In this document: positions 10,310 to 18,705 of the stretch, one piece after another
How positions within the stretch are numbered: position 1 is the first letter of the stretch
How the letters are laid out: every line of letters begins with the position of its first letter
IMG/VR virus record: IMGVR_UViG_3300025133_000040
Span: 32,001 to 96,000 of that record
Origin: a virus
Direction: 5' to 3' (one strand)
Length of the DNA stretch: 64,000 nucleotides
Notes under the pieces: generated by a model
What the model was told of the DNA's origin: nothing
Database searches by the model: none
What the model saw: the letters and a program-made list of their open reading frames with translations, nothing else
Program-made: the position numbers and the translations under genes

Positions 10310-11750
10310 CGCCGTCTTCCCTCAATGTTAAGTTATTTCGTACAGCACCTTCGTCAAGCTCAAAGCGGGTTTCACCCTCTAAGATTTGAGCACACCACCC
10401 CTTAACTTGCACGTTGATGTAGTTACCGTCCTCAATTCCACCGCCATGACGAGTCACCACAGGGCACAGCTTGTGTGTCCCGTTTTCTTCTGGGTCGTCA
10501 GACAATTCTTCTGGAGATTTCTTCTTAAAGATTGTGAAATTACTACACAGCCAGATGATTCTGTCGGAACCGGAAGCGGCCCCTGTTCCCTCGTCTTTAA
10601 TGCCGTCACGATTCAACTGCATCAGAGACAAGATAGGAACGTCGTAGCGAACAGCAAAGTTGTGCAGGCCGGTCATCATAAAGCCTAGCAACTGATACTC
10701 TTTTAGGTCTGCGCTGACGCCTTTAGAGTCCATGAGCTTAAGATAGTCGTAGAAGATAACACAGTCGTTAGCTTTTCCGTTCTCGTCGAGTCCAACCTCT
10801 TTAACAATCCACCTTCTAATCAGTGCTAGAATTTCCTCAAAAGGCATACCGGCCACAGATTTGTGGAAATAAGGTGCAGCCTTGAGTTTCTTGGCACCCT
10901 CCATAGCTTTCTGGAATGACTCGGGTTTTTGGCCAAACTTACCTGTCTCAATGTCGTTAATGCCTACGCCACTAAGCATAGCAAGAGAGCGAGCAAGGTG
11001 GTCTTCCTTGCGCATTTCCGTATCAAGGTTGAGTACTGGTAGACCATGAGTACTAGCGATATGATAGCCCATATTATCCGTTAGGAGGGTCTTACCTGTC
11101 TTAGGACGAGCGCCAATCATATTGACCGTACCTCGACGCAAGCCGCCGCCAATGCACTCGTCATAGCGAGGGAACCCTGTGGAAATACCAATCTGTTCAA
11201 CTGGATTATCGGCTAGGTGTTGAAGAAATTCCTCTGCACCATCACCTAAGACCTCTGGTTCGTTGTCGTTGTCGTTTAGCAGGGAGGTAAAGTCGAAGAT
11301 TGTGTCTTCTGCAATGCCTAGAATCTGAGCAACTGGTTCATCTCCCTTGACGTGCATCAGCTTGTTCTGTGCGTCACCAAGTTGAGAGTGCAGCAGCCTT
11401 GTAACTTGAAGCTTGCGAATCTTCGCAGCAAATGCTCTAACATTGCGTAGCTCAACAGGGAAATTCATAATGGCTTCTAGATAGCCACCTTCTGTTTTTT
11501 CAGTAAACAGGTCAGCAACACCCATCTCGTGTGCGGCAGAGTGGACAGAGGGCAGGTCAATCTTGCGGGTGTCATCGTTCTCCATAATTCGCGCTAAACA
11601 TCCGTAGAGCACAGAGTTGAAGGTCTCTGTAAAGGTATCTGCCTGCAAAATATCCGCAATGTCGTAGTAGGCATCGGAACCATGTCGGCAAATACCAGCC
11701 AAGACAGCACGCTCCGCTGCCTTATCACTTAAAATCTTAGTAGTTTTCAT
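10275..11750 (-). CDS. dnaB: replicative DNA helicase
   Basis: AERAVL, GISTGF, GARPKTGKT, FYDYLKL, QLNR. Confidence 0.95.
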   Translation of the reverse strand: MKTTKILSDKAAERAVLAGICRHGSDAYYDIADILQADTFTETFNSVLYGCLARIMENDDTRKIDLPSVHSAAHEMGVADLFTEKTEGGYLEAIMNFPVELRNVRAFAAKIRKLQVTRLLHSQLGDAQNKLMHVKGDEPVAQILGIAEDTIFDFTSLLNDNDNEPEVLGDGAEEFLQHLADNPVEQIGISTGFPRYDECIGGGLRRGTVNMIGARPKTGKTLLTDNMGYHIASTHGLPVLNLDTEMRKEDHLARSLAMLSGVGINDIETGKFGQKPESFQKAMEGAKKLKAAPYFHKSVAGMPFEEILALIRRWIVKEVGLDENGKANDCVIFYDYLKLMDSKGVSADLKEYQLLGFMMTGLHNFAVRYDVPILSLMQLNRDGIKDEGTGAASGSDRIIWLCSNFTIFKKKSPEELSDDPEENGTHKLCPVVTRHGGGIEDGNYINVQVKGWCAQILEGETRFELDEGAVRNNLTLREDGDDEDEGRIPFQ

Positions 11751-12371
11751 CTATTTTCCTCTTGTCGCACACCTATTACACACATATCTCCACTCTTTTT
11801 CCATCGCGTCATAGTGTAACATCTCCCCACCAACCCTGAATACCCTATTGCACTTATGACAGTTAATTTCTACGCCCTCATAATCCTCTCTTCTCTCTGC
11901 CGGGGCCGCGCCATTACACACTGGGTCCACCTTCTTCTGCCAAGCAGTATCTTCCTTGGCGGTGTTGCTAAATTCGTCAATATCGAATTTGTTTACTTCG
12001 TCTATGTCTTCTCTGTTGTTTGGCATGGTCTCTGTACGACCCTGTGCCTGACCCCTAGTATCTCCAGGCTTTAAGACCCTTGGCCTCTTATTCTTTCGGG
12101 TAGTAGGCCGCTGCTTCAGCTTAGGTTTTGGCGTTTCTTCTCCTGGTATTATAATACGACTTGGCTTGGAGTCAACCCTTTTATTCCTATTTTGTTTACG
12201 CTTGCTGCCGGGCTTCTTCTTGCCCGTAGGTCTTGCTGGTGCCCCTGGTTCTGCCCCACCTAGCCCCTCCATCAGCTTCATCTTCTCAGCCGGTGTTAGG
12301 GTGTCTAGTGTGTTTAGTATGTCAGCCGCAGTAATCTTACTGGGTTTTCTTTTCTGTTTTCTTTTAGCCAT
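11751..12371 (-). CDS. basic hypothetical protein with C-terminal zinc finger
   Basis: K/R-rich; CHKC...CNRC. Confidence 0.65.
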   Translation of the reverse strand: MAKRKQKRKPSKITAADILNTLDTLTPAEKMKLMEGLGGAEPGAPARPTGKKKPGSKRKQNRNKRVDSKPSRIIIPGEETPKPKLKQRPTTRKNKRPRVLKPGDTRGQAQGRTETMPNNREDIDEVNKFDIDEFSNTAKEDTAWQKKVDPVCNGAAPAERREDYEGVEINCHKCNRVFRVGGEMLHYDAMEKEWRYVCNRCATRGK

Positions 12372-12861
12372 GTTTGTTCTCCGAAACTTTAGCGATTTGA
12401 TTATCTTTCAGACTACCGGCCAAAGCTTGAAGGTGTTTTGATAAACCGTCGAGTCTAGCCTTCCTTTGCTCTGCATAGTCTTTTATTTGTATGATTTTAG
12501 CGACGACTGAGTTTTCCTTGGCGACCGCACTCATTTTGAACTCATGCGAACCAAACAGGTCTTTGATTATTCTTAGGTTGGTTGATGTTGTGCCGTATTC
12601 GTTGAGTTTTGCCTTACACCAGAGCACACGAGAGCTTTCCTTGTTCATCGCCCTGGTGAGATACCATCCGTACTGCAATAATCTATAAGATATTTCAGCA
12701 CACCCAGTGGGAGTTAGCTTAGCAAGGGCATTTCTAGGCATGTTAAGGTACTCGTCCAACTCAATCTCCATGCCGGGAGGTGCGGCAGCAGGAAGGCACA
12801 GGGCCTTTTCATAGTCGTCCAGGGCATCCTGTATAAATTGCATGTCTTCATTAACATTCAT
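12364..12861 (-). CDS. hypothetical helical protein (possible recombination mediator)
   Basis: coiled-coil-like ORF between recA and dnaB; function inferred from position only. Confidence 0.5.
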   Translation of the reverse strand: MNVNEDMQFIQDALDDYEKALCLPAAAPPGMEIELDEYLNMPRNALAKLTPTGCAEISYRLLQYGWYLTRAMNKESSRVLWCKAKLNEYGTTSTNLRIIKDLFGSHEFKMSAVAKENSVVAKIIQIKDYAEQRKARLDGLSKHLQALAGSLKDNQIAKVSENKHG

Positions 12862-13246
12862 CTAGTTTCTCCCTCATATCGCCTTCACTGTCTTTGTAGC
12901 TGAACTCAATTAATGTGATGCCGTTCAACTCGCACCACTCTTTCTTATTTCTATCGTTCTTTTTACCTGCAACAAAGTCCATCTTGCTCTTGTGAAACAT
13001 AGGGGTGAACTTGAAGTGCTGAACACCGTGAAATTCTACGGCAATATTAAGTATAGGTATAAAAATATCCAAGTACAGTGTCTTGTTCCTGACTATTGGA
13101 ATAGACACCTCTTGGAGGATGCGAACGGTCGGCCACTTCTCCCTTAACAGGGCTAGGCTGGCATTATGCCCTATGGATGCAGTCGTATGACGGTGCTCCT
13201 TTGGGGTCCACTTTACAGTCGTATCGTCTAACATTGTTACCCACAT
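12851..13246 (-). CDS. PD-(D/E)XK endonuclease (DUF559/Vsr-like)
   Basis: LYLDIFIP, AVEFHGVQH, DRNKKEWC...GITLI. Confidence 0.8.
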   Translation of the reverse strand: MWVTMLDDTTVKWTPKEHRHTTASIGHNASLALLREKWPTVRILQEVSIPIVRNKTLYLDIFIPILNIAVEFHGVQHFKFTPMFHKSKMDFVAGKKNDRNKKEWCELNGITLIEFSYKDSEGDMREKLDEC

Positions 13247-14310
13247 TAAAACCCCATCATTTCTCGTACTTGCTTGCTAATTTCAGTATATGTCTCAGGA
13301 TTTTCCCTTAGGTAGTCAGCCGCCTTGTCCTTACCCTGTGCTTTGCTCTCGTCTGGGAACGTATACCATGCACCACCCTTATTGATGATGCCAATATCAA
13401 CAGCCATGTCGATAATTTCCCACTCCTTGTCAATACCGTGATTGTACCTTAGAAATGACTCAGCCTTGCGCCCAGGAGGGCCTATAGAGGACGAGTGGCA
13501 CTTCCAATGAACGACTTGACCAATGGGATTATCGTTGTTCTCAGGCTTAAGTGTGCGGTGTGTAGCCTCAAGCTTAACATCCATCTGATATTGCAACTTA
13601 CGGCCACTAGCTTCCATCCAAGGACTCATACTCCTGCTCTGGTCAGCGATTTTATGTGTCACACCAAGGATAAGGCACTTGTTGACTGGTAGGACGTTGG
13701 ACACTTTCTTGCAGAAGCTAGAGAGCATCAGAGGAACATCGTCACGGAAGCGGTCGGCGTAGCTGGAGTCCATTCTGGAGCCACTACATAGCTGGGAGAA
13801 CGAATCTACAACAAAAATAGACCCCGGCTTAGTATTGACTAAGTGCTCTAAGATAGAGAGGTATTTCTCAGCGGTGAGAATATTCCCTGGTTCCGACTGG
13901 ATGCTAGTAAACCACCTTTCGGAGAGGTCTAGAGACTTAATGCCAGCAAGGTCTCTCGCCTTAATTCGTCCTTCAATATTGAAGAAGTAGACATGCCTGC
14001 CGTCTGGACACAAGTCGTTGGCATACTCCATTCCTTGTGCTGTTCCAGCGAAGTCGAGCCACAGAGTGGTCTTTCCTACCTTGGGAGGGCCAGTTGAGAT
14101 ACAAAAACTACCCTCTGGGATACCTCCTGCAAGCATCAGGTCAATCGCAGGACTAACTGGAATAGTAACACTTGGGTTGTCCACAATAGACTGCCCGCTA
14201 ACGAAAATTCCCTCACCAAATTCCTTAATCAAAGATGCGTCAATTGCTGGTGCAACCTTTGTGCCCCCAGAGTCCTTCGCCTTAGCCTTAGCCTTTGCCT
14301 TCTTCGCCAT
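13246..14310 (-). CDS. recA: RecA/UvsX-like recombinase
   Basis: GGIPEG, GPPKVGKT, VVDS, GGAWY..QGK. Confidence 0.9.
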   Translation of the reverse strand: MAKKAKAKAKAKDSGGTKVAPAIDASLIKEFGEGIFVSGQSIVDNPSVTIPVSPAIDLMLAGGIPEGSFCISTGPPKVGKTTLWLDFAGTAQGMEYANDLCPDGRHVYFFNIEGRIKARDLAGIKSLDLSERWFTSIQSEPGNILTAEKYLSILEHLVNTKPGSIFVVDSFSQLCSGSRMDSSYADRFRDDVPLMLSSFCKKVSNVLPVNKCLILGVTHKIADQSRSMSPWMEASGRKLQYQMDVKLEATHRTLKPENNDNPIGQVVHWKCHSSSIGPPGRKAESFLRYNHGIDKEWEIIDMAVDIGIINKGGAWYTFPDESKAQGKDKAADYLRENPETYTEISKQVREMMGF

Positions 14311-14767
14311 TCTCTATCTCCGTTAGCTTACCTAGTAACGAGCCCGTACTGCGTCGTTTCCTTGGCTTGCTTGTTACTGTTTGCTCGTTATACTCTTTTT
14401 GGTTAGTTATTGCTGCTTCTCTCTTTACTGCCTCAGCCACGACTTCTTTCTGCTTCTCTTCAATTATACGCACCAACCAAGGAGAACGCAAGCTATAAGT
14501 TTTGCGACTTCTAAAATCTTGTAGGGCACGAATGATTGCAAGCTCGTCATACTTTTTGAGAAGCTTGTTTGCTGCTGGAGTTTGATTGCGGAAGTACTTT
14601 GCCCACTCAGGTAGACGCCAAAAGCGAACGGGTAGTGCTGTTACCTCGTCCGCTTCGGCTTTTTTATAGCAAATTAATTCAACAATATATTGAGCCGCTG
14701 TTACGAACTCACCAGGGGAACTAGGGGAAGGGTACTTACACTTTTCCGTTCGTTTCGGCATTTTCAC
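14288..14767 (-). CDS. hypothetical protein
   Basis: packed ORF. Confidence 0.65.
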   Translation of the reverse strand: MKMPKRTEKCKYPSPSSPGEFVTAAQYIVELICYKKAEADEVTALPVRFWRLPEWAKYFRNQTPAANKLLKKYDELAIIRALQDFRSRKTYSLRSPWLVRIIEEKQKEVVAEAVKREAAITNQKEYNEQTVTSKPRKRRSTGSLLGKLTEIENGEEGKG

Positions 14768-15263
14768 TCATTTCCTTATAGAGGTCTTTGTAAGCCTTCT
14801 TAAGATTACGATACAACTTAAACTTTCTAGTGGCCTCGTGCTGTATTCTCATACCCACACAATCACATTGCTTTTTGTCATACAGGTTGTGGTGACCTTC
14901 TTTCCTAAATGTTCTTAGGACAGTATCAACGGAACACCCATACTCTTCATCGTCGTCACAAACAATGATGGCGTATAACCCCATGCGTCTCTGACGGTGC
15001 ATTTGTTCGTCGTAGTGAAATCCTACGTGCTTAATCCCTGGACCGTGATAGACTTCTTCTAGCTCATCGCATTTGAGCACACACTTAAAGACAAGAGCGT
15101 CTACCATAAACTTTTCAGTTTGGGTAAGTTCCTGAGGGCCGTCATACTGAGGGTCTCTCTTTAAGGCTTTAATATCAAGAGCTATCCTTGCCATCTCTGC
15201 CTTTAGGTCTTTTGCTGATGTCCACAAGGTGTTTAACTGCGTTTCGGTTGCATAGTCGTTCAT
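14736..15263 (-). CDS. hypothetical protein
   Basis: packed ORF. Confidence 0.6.
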   Translation of the reverse strand: MNDYATETQLNTLWTSAKDLKAEMARIALDIKALKRDPQYDGPQELTQTEKFMVDALVFKCVLKCDELEEVYHGPGIKHVGFHYDEQMHRQRRMGLYAIIVCDDDEEYGCSVDTVLRTFRKEGHHNLYDKKQCDCVGMRIQHEATRKFKLYRNLKKAYKDLYKEMSENAETNGKV

Positions 15264-15823
15264 TCTTTAATCTTCTTACTTTTAATATTGTAAACATTAC
15301 CACGAGCACTACGGCAAACGTCTGGAAGAGGGCGACGATTAGCACTATCGTCACTCTTTTCAGCAGCGGCAGCAGTCATAATAGACACGCCCTTAGAACC
15401 ACCCTTGGTTTCACGAATCATGTAGCTACTAACGTCCCGGCTATTAACCGCAAAAGTGTATAGCTCACGACCATCCTTGGGTAGTTCGTACAGCTTAGGG
15501 ATAGCAGAATCAAGCAACTCCCTAGCGTCGTTAGGGGAGAAGCCGTTGCGACCCATATAGGCTATCGCTTGGTCGTACATATCCTGAGGAACCTCAATAA
15601 CCTCAGCTTCCTCCTCTAGTACTGGTTCGTCTTCTTCGATTGCTTCTGCATACTGCGCTCGCACAATAGTATCAATCAAGTCTGACAGTTCAGTGTTAAC
15701 ATACTTCTCAACTGTGGGTGAGCGTCTGCCAAGTTCTTTGGCGATTTCTGAAATAGACTTGCCATCGTGAATCATACCCTGAATAGAATATTTCTCAACT
15801 TGAGTTAGGGGGCCACTAGCCAT
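15260..15823 (-). CDS. helix-turn-helix protein
   Basis: GKSISEIAKELGRRSPTV; start at TAATG overlap (15823). Confidence 0.7.
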   Translation of the reverse strand: MASGPLTQVEKYSIQGMIHDGKSISEIAKELGRRSPTVEKYVNTELSDLIDTIVRAQYAEAIEEDEPVLEEEAEVIEVPQDMYDQAIAYMGRNGFSPNDARELLDSAIPKLYELPKDGRELYTFAVNSRDVSSYMIRETKGGSKGVSIMTAAAAEKSDDSANRRPLPDVCRSARGNVYNIKSKKIKE

Positions 15824-16278
15824 TAAAATGCCTCTCTTTCCGCATTTACTAGATGCGCACGGTTCTTTGTTCTTAAAAATGCAAGGTAGCTTAGGAATGG
15901 TTTGACAGGAACGTCTGTCCATCGTAGCTCGGAGATTCCCAAGCGGGTTTTGTTGTGTTGTGCTTGCTCAGCGTCACTGGTAGGGTCAACAAAGTGGCCA
16001 CTGTTTAACTGACGGATGAACATAGAGCCACCAACCTTCATAGCACATGCTAGGTCACGGTCCTTAGCCATGATAGGGGTGCTATCTGGATACACTAGGC
16101 AATGTAGCACAGGGTTTCCGCTTTCGTCGAACGTATCGTTCTTACCAACAATCGTATAGACAATGGTCTCTGCCATGTCATCGCCTGCTGCTGCTTCAAA
16201 TGTTTCAGGCTCTTTAACCGGGCGAAAAATTGCACTATCGGCTTCGTCGTTAAAGGCTCTGTTCGGATTTCTAGCCAT
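15823..16278 (-). CDS. hypothetical protein
   Basis: packed ORF. Confidence 0.65.
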   Translation of the reverse strand: MARNPNRAFNDEADSAIFRPVKEPETFEAAAGDDMAETIVYTIVGKNDTFDESGNPVLHCLVYPDSTPIMAKDRDLACAMKVGGSMFIRQLNSGHFVDPTSDAEQAQHNKTRLGISELRWTDVPVKPFLSYLAFLRTKNRAHLVNAEREAF

Positions 16279-16651
16279 TTATATCTTTCTTTCTTTTCTT
16301 AGGACTGCGAGTTTGCTTTCTGGACGCCAGCTTATCGCCTCTTGCGTCTACAGGCACACGAGTACCACCATCTGGCATAGGCCCTTCATAAGGCTTACGC
16401 AGGTGTTCGGTATTCTCTTGGTTGATTTTGTGCTTTTCGTCTTTACTGAGCTTGTCAGTATTCACGTCGGCCTTGTGGCCTAGCGACTGGGGGATTGTGG
16501 TAGATATACTAGCACATTCAGTGTAGTTTCTAGTACATCTTTTCTTACCGCAGGATGGACAGGTAGGTCGAGAGGTGCTCGATTGGGCCATTGGATAGAC
16601 CCTCTCAAACACTGTCTCGCATTTGTCACACTCAAAATTATAAGCGGGCAT
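16271..16651 (-). CDS. FmdB-family zinc-ribbon protein
   Basis: MPAYNFECDKC...CPSCG. Confidence 0.85.
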   Translation of the reverse strand: MPAYNFECDKCETVFERVYPMAQSSTSRPTCPSCGKKRCTRNYTECASISTTIPQSLGHKADVNTDKLSKDEKHKINQENTEHLRKPYEGPMPDGGTRVPVDARGDKLASRKQTRSPKKRKKDING

Positions 16652-16654
16652 CTT

Positions 16655-16666
16655 TATTATACACCA
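16655..16666 (-). promoter_or_regulatory. GGTGTATAAT extended -10-type element (no canonical -35)
   Basis: TGGTGTATAATA just upstream of the FmdB gene; similar elements near 21553, 23920 and 27169. Confidence 0.45.
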
Positions 16667-16670
16667 ATAC

Positions 16671-17180
16671 TTAGAGGATTTGTCCTAGTAAATCATAAAA
16701 TTCCCGAGGGCTTTTAAGGGTTGTGTCCACCCCTTTGCCATCTGCCAGAGCTAGATTAGCTACAGGCCCCATGTTATTGTCTTTGCCAAGTACAATAGAG
16801 CCCTTCTCTGTACAAAAGGTAACATCTCTCCAGGTAGCGCTAACGATGTTGCCCATATTTCTCTTCAAGGCTATTAGGGTATCGTCGTTGTCGGTCCAGT
16901 GAATTTCATACCCATCCATCTCATAGGCATACTCCAAATCCTCAGTACAAAAACCATCGGGGAACAAATCCACACTCACAATTCGGACTTCGTCATCCGT
17001 TGGTGCGGCGTTAATCATTTTGCTCCTACGGAATTGACGCCACTCTCCTCTGTCTAGGTCATAGCCACTAATCAGGCCGTGATGGTGGTTTTCGGAGTTG
17101 TCAGAAGTGACATAGAGCCTACGAACAGCCCCAGGTTCGGAGCCAGCCTCGTAACGGAATTTAATTACTGTGCCTTGCAT
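16671..17180 (-). CDS. WYL-like domain protein
   Basis: IKFRY...RRLYV...ISGYDLDRGEWRQFRRSKM matches the WYL pattern. Confidence 0.6.
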   Translation of the reverse strand: MQGTVIKFRYEAGSEPGAVRRLYVTSDNSENHHHGLISGYDLDRGEWRQFRRSKMINAAPTDDEVRIVSVDLFPDGFCTEDLEYAYEMDGYEIHWTDNDDTLIALKRNMGNIVSATWRDVTFCTEKGSIVLGKDNNMGPVANLALADGKGVDTTLKSPREFYDLLGQIL

Positions 17181-17224
17181 GTGGTTTCACCCTATAGAAG
17201 AATAACGAACGTGTCATATATTCA

Positions 17225-17252
17225 AGTATAGGGCAAAACCCACACAAGTCAA
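17225..17252 (-). promoter_or_regulatory. conserved phage sigma70-type promoter
   Basis: TTGACT-N16-TATACT. Confidence 0.75.
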
Positions 17253-17935
17253 GCAATAAAAGCGTTGATTTCGTCCTCTACAGACTCGTCATCGTCGCTT
17301 TCAATGTAAGACTCACCAAGGCCAGCAGCCTCACGAGCCTCAATAATTTGCCTATATCTTTTAGTTAGATGCGGCTCCCACTCTGGTTCAATTTTGTTCC
17401 AGGGAGTTAGACCTAAGATATAGTGAGCGGAACTAGGAGCCTTGGGCCGATAGCCATTAATTAGACGGAAAGAGGTGTCTATAAGCTTGCTGTCAGCCTT
17501 CTCGCTGTTGCACGTACCGCAACATGTAACAATATTTGTCCATGTCGTGGGGCTCCCGCGCCTGTTTTGTTCCTTCCATAGCTTACGAGGGACAACATGG
17601 TCAAGAGTAAGCATGGCTATGTCAGGATACACCTCACCGCAGTACATACAAGTAGACTTATCTCTAATGTAGATATTCTTACGGGAGAATTTAATCTTGC
17701 CCTTCCTAGGCTTATACCTAGGAACCACGCCAACGGCTGGCACAGGGTATTTTCTGCCATGAGTTCCTAGAATGTACTCACTCTTGTAGAAATCAATAAC
17801 ATTAATACCCTTGCTAGGGTCTTCTGAGTATTTCCAACTGTCTTTGACAGCTTCCCTCCAGTTGAGCATACCCAAAGAAGTCCAGTCGGCGTTTAAAACT
17901 AAACACCTACCATGATTCTTCCTCGTAGTGGGCAT
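17249..17935 (-). CDS. HNH endonuclease (McrA-like)
   Basis: CLVLNAD, FSRKNIYIRD..CMYCG, LTLDHVVP, WTNIVTCCGTCN. Confidence 0.9.
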   Translation of the reverse strand: MPTTRKNHGRCLVLNADWTSLGMLNWREAVKDSWKYSEDPSKGINVIDFYKSEYILGTHGRKYPVPAVGVVPRYKPRKGKIKFSRKNIYIRDKSTCMYCGEVYPDIAMLTLDHVVPRKLWKEQNRRGSPTTWTNIVTCCGTCNSEKADSKLIDTSFRLINGYRPKAPSSAHYILGLTPWNKIEPEWEPHLTKRYRQIIEAREAAGLGESYIESDDDESVEDEINAFIA

Positions 17936-18695
17936 AACTCGGTTCGCAGATTCTCTGTACGCCATTTTCCAAATCCTCAATACGGTCCACGATTCTCTGA
18001 ACTAATTCAGAGCGGACAATGTCGTCCTTAGTCAAGTGAGAAACCCCTACACCCCTCACATCCTGCAATGTCTCAGCCAACCTCAACATACTGCCAGCTA
18101 CGCCATCATTCAGGTCTGTTTGGTCTGGGTCTCCTGTGATTACCATTGTACTACCAAATCCGATTCGAGTCAAGGCACTTTTTAGCTGTCCGTAGGAAGC
18201 ATTTTGAGCCTCGTCAAGGATAATGAAGGAGTTTTTGAATGTCCTACCCCTCATATTGCCTAGAGTACACACTTCAATGGTCTCTCTATTGAGCAATCTT
18301 CTGAAGTCGTCTTCAGTAAGGTAGTTCTTCATTTCGTCGTAGATAGGGCGTAAGAACGGCATGGTCTTCTTCTCTAATGTGCCAGGAAGAAAGCCGGTAC
18401 GTTCATTTTCGATAGTCACAAGAGGACGGGTAACGATAATCTTCTCGTAGTTACCCTTAGCTAGACCTAGGATAGCTTCTGATGCAGCTATAAAGGTTTT
18501 ACCAGTGCCAGGGGGGCCTATTGCAAACGTCACCTCATTTCGATGTATCGTTTTTAGGTAGGATTTTTGCCCTGGAGTCTTAGCCGTAACTTCCCATTGT
18601 TTTAAGTTAAGGCCAGTGTCTTCTCGTTGACTTTTTCGTTGTTTTCTGCGTGTTGGCATGGGATTGTCTCTCAAGTTAGTAGTAGTATTGTCCAT
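17907..18695 (-). CDS. phoH: PhoH-like ATPase
   Basis: GPPGTGKT, GFLPG, MRGRTF, ILDEAQN, ITGDPDQTD. Confidence 0.95.
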   Translation of the reverse strand: MDNTTTNLRDNPMPTRRKQRKSQREDTGLNLKQWEVTAKTPGQKSYLKTIHRNEVTFAIGPPGTGKTFIAASEAILGLAKGNYEKIIVTRPLVTIENERTGFLPGTLEKKTMPFLRPIYDEMKNYLTEDDFRRLLNRETIEVCTLGNMRGRTFKNSFIILDEAQNASYGQLKSALTRIGFGSTMVITGDPDQTDLNDGVAGSMLRLAETLQDVRGVGVSHLTKDDIVRSELVQRIVDRIEDLENGVQRICEPSYAHYEEESW

Positions 18696-18705
18696 CGCCC
18701 TATCC

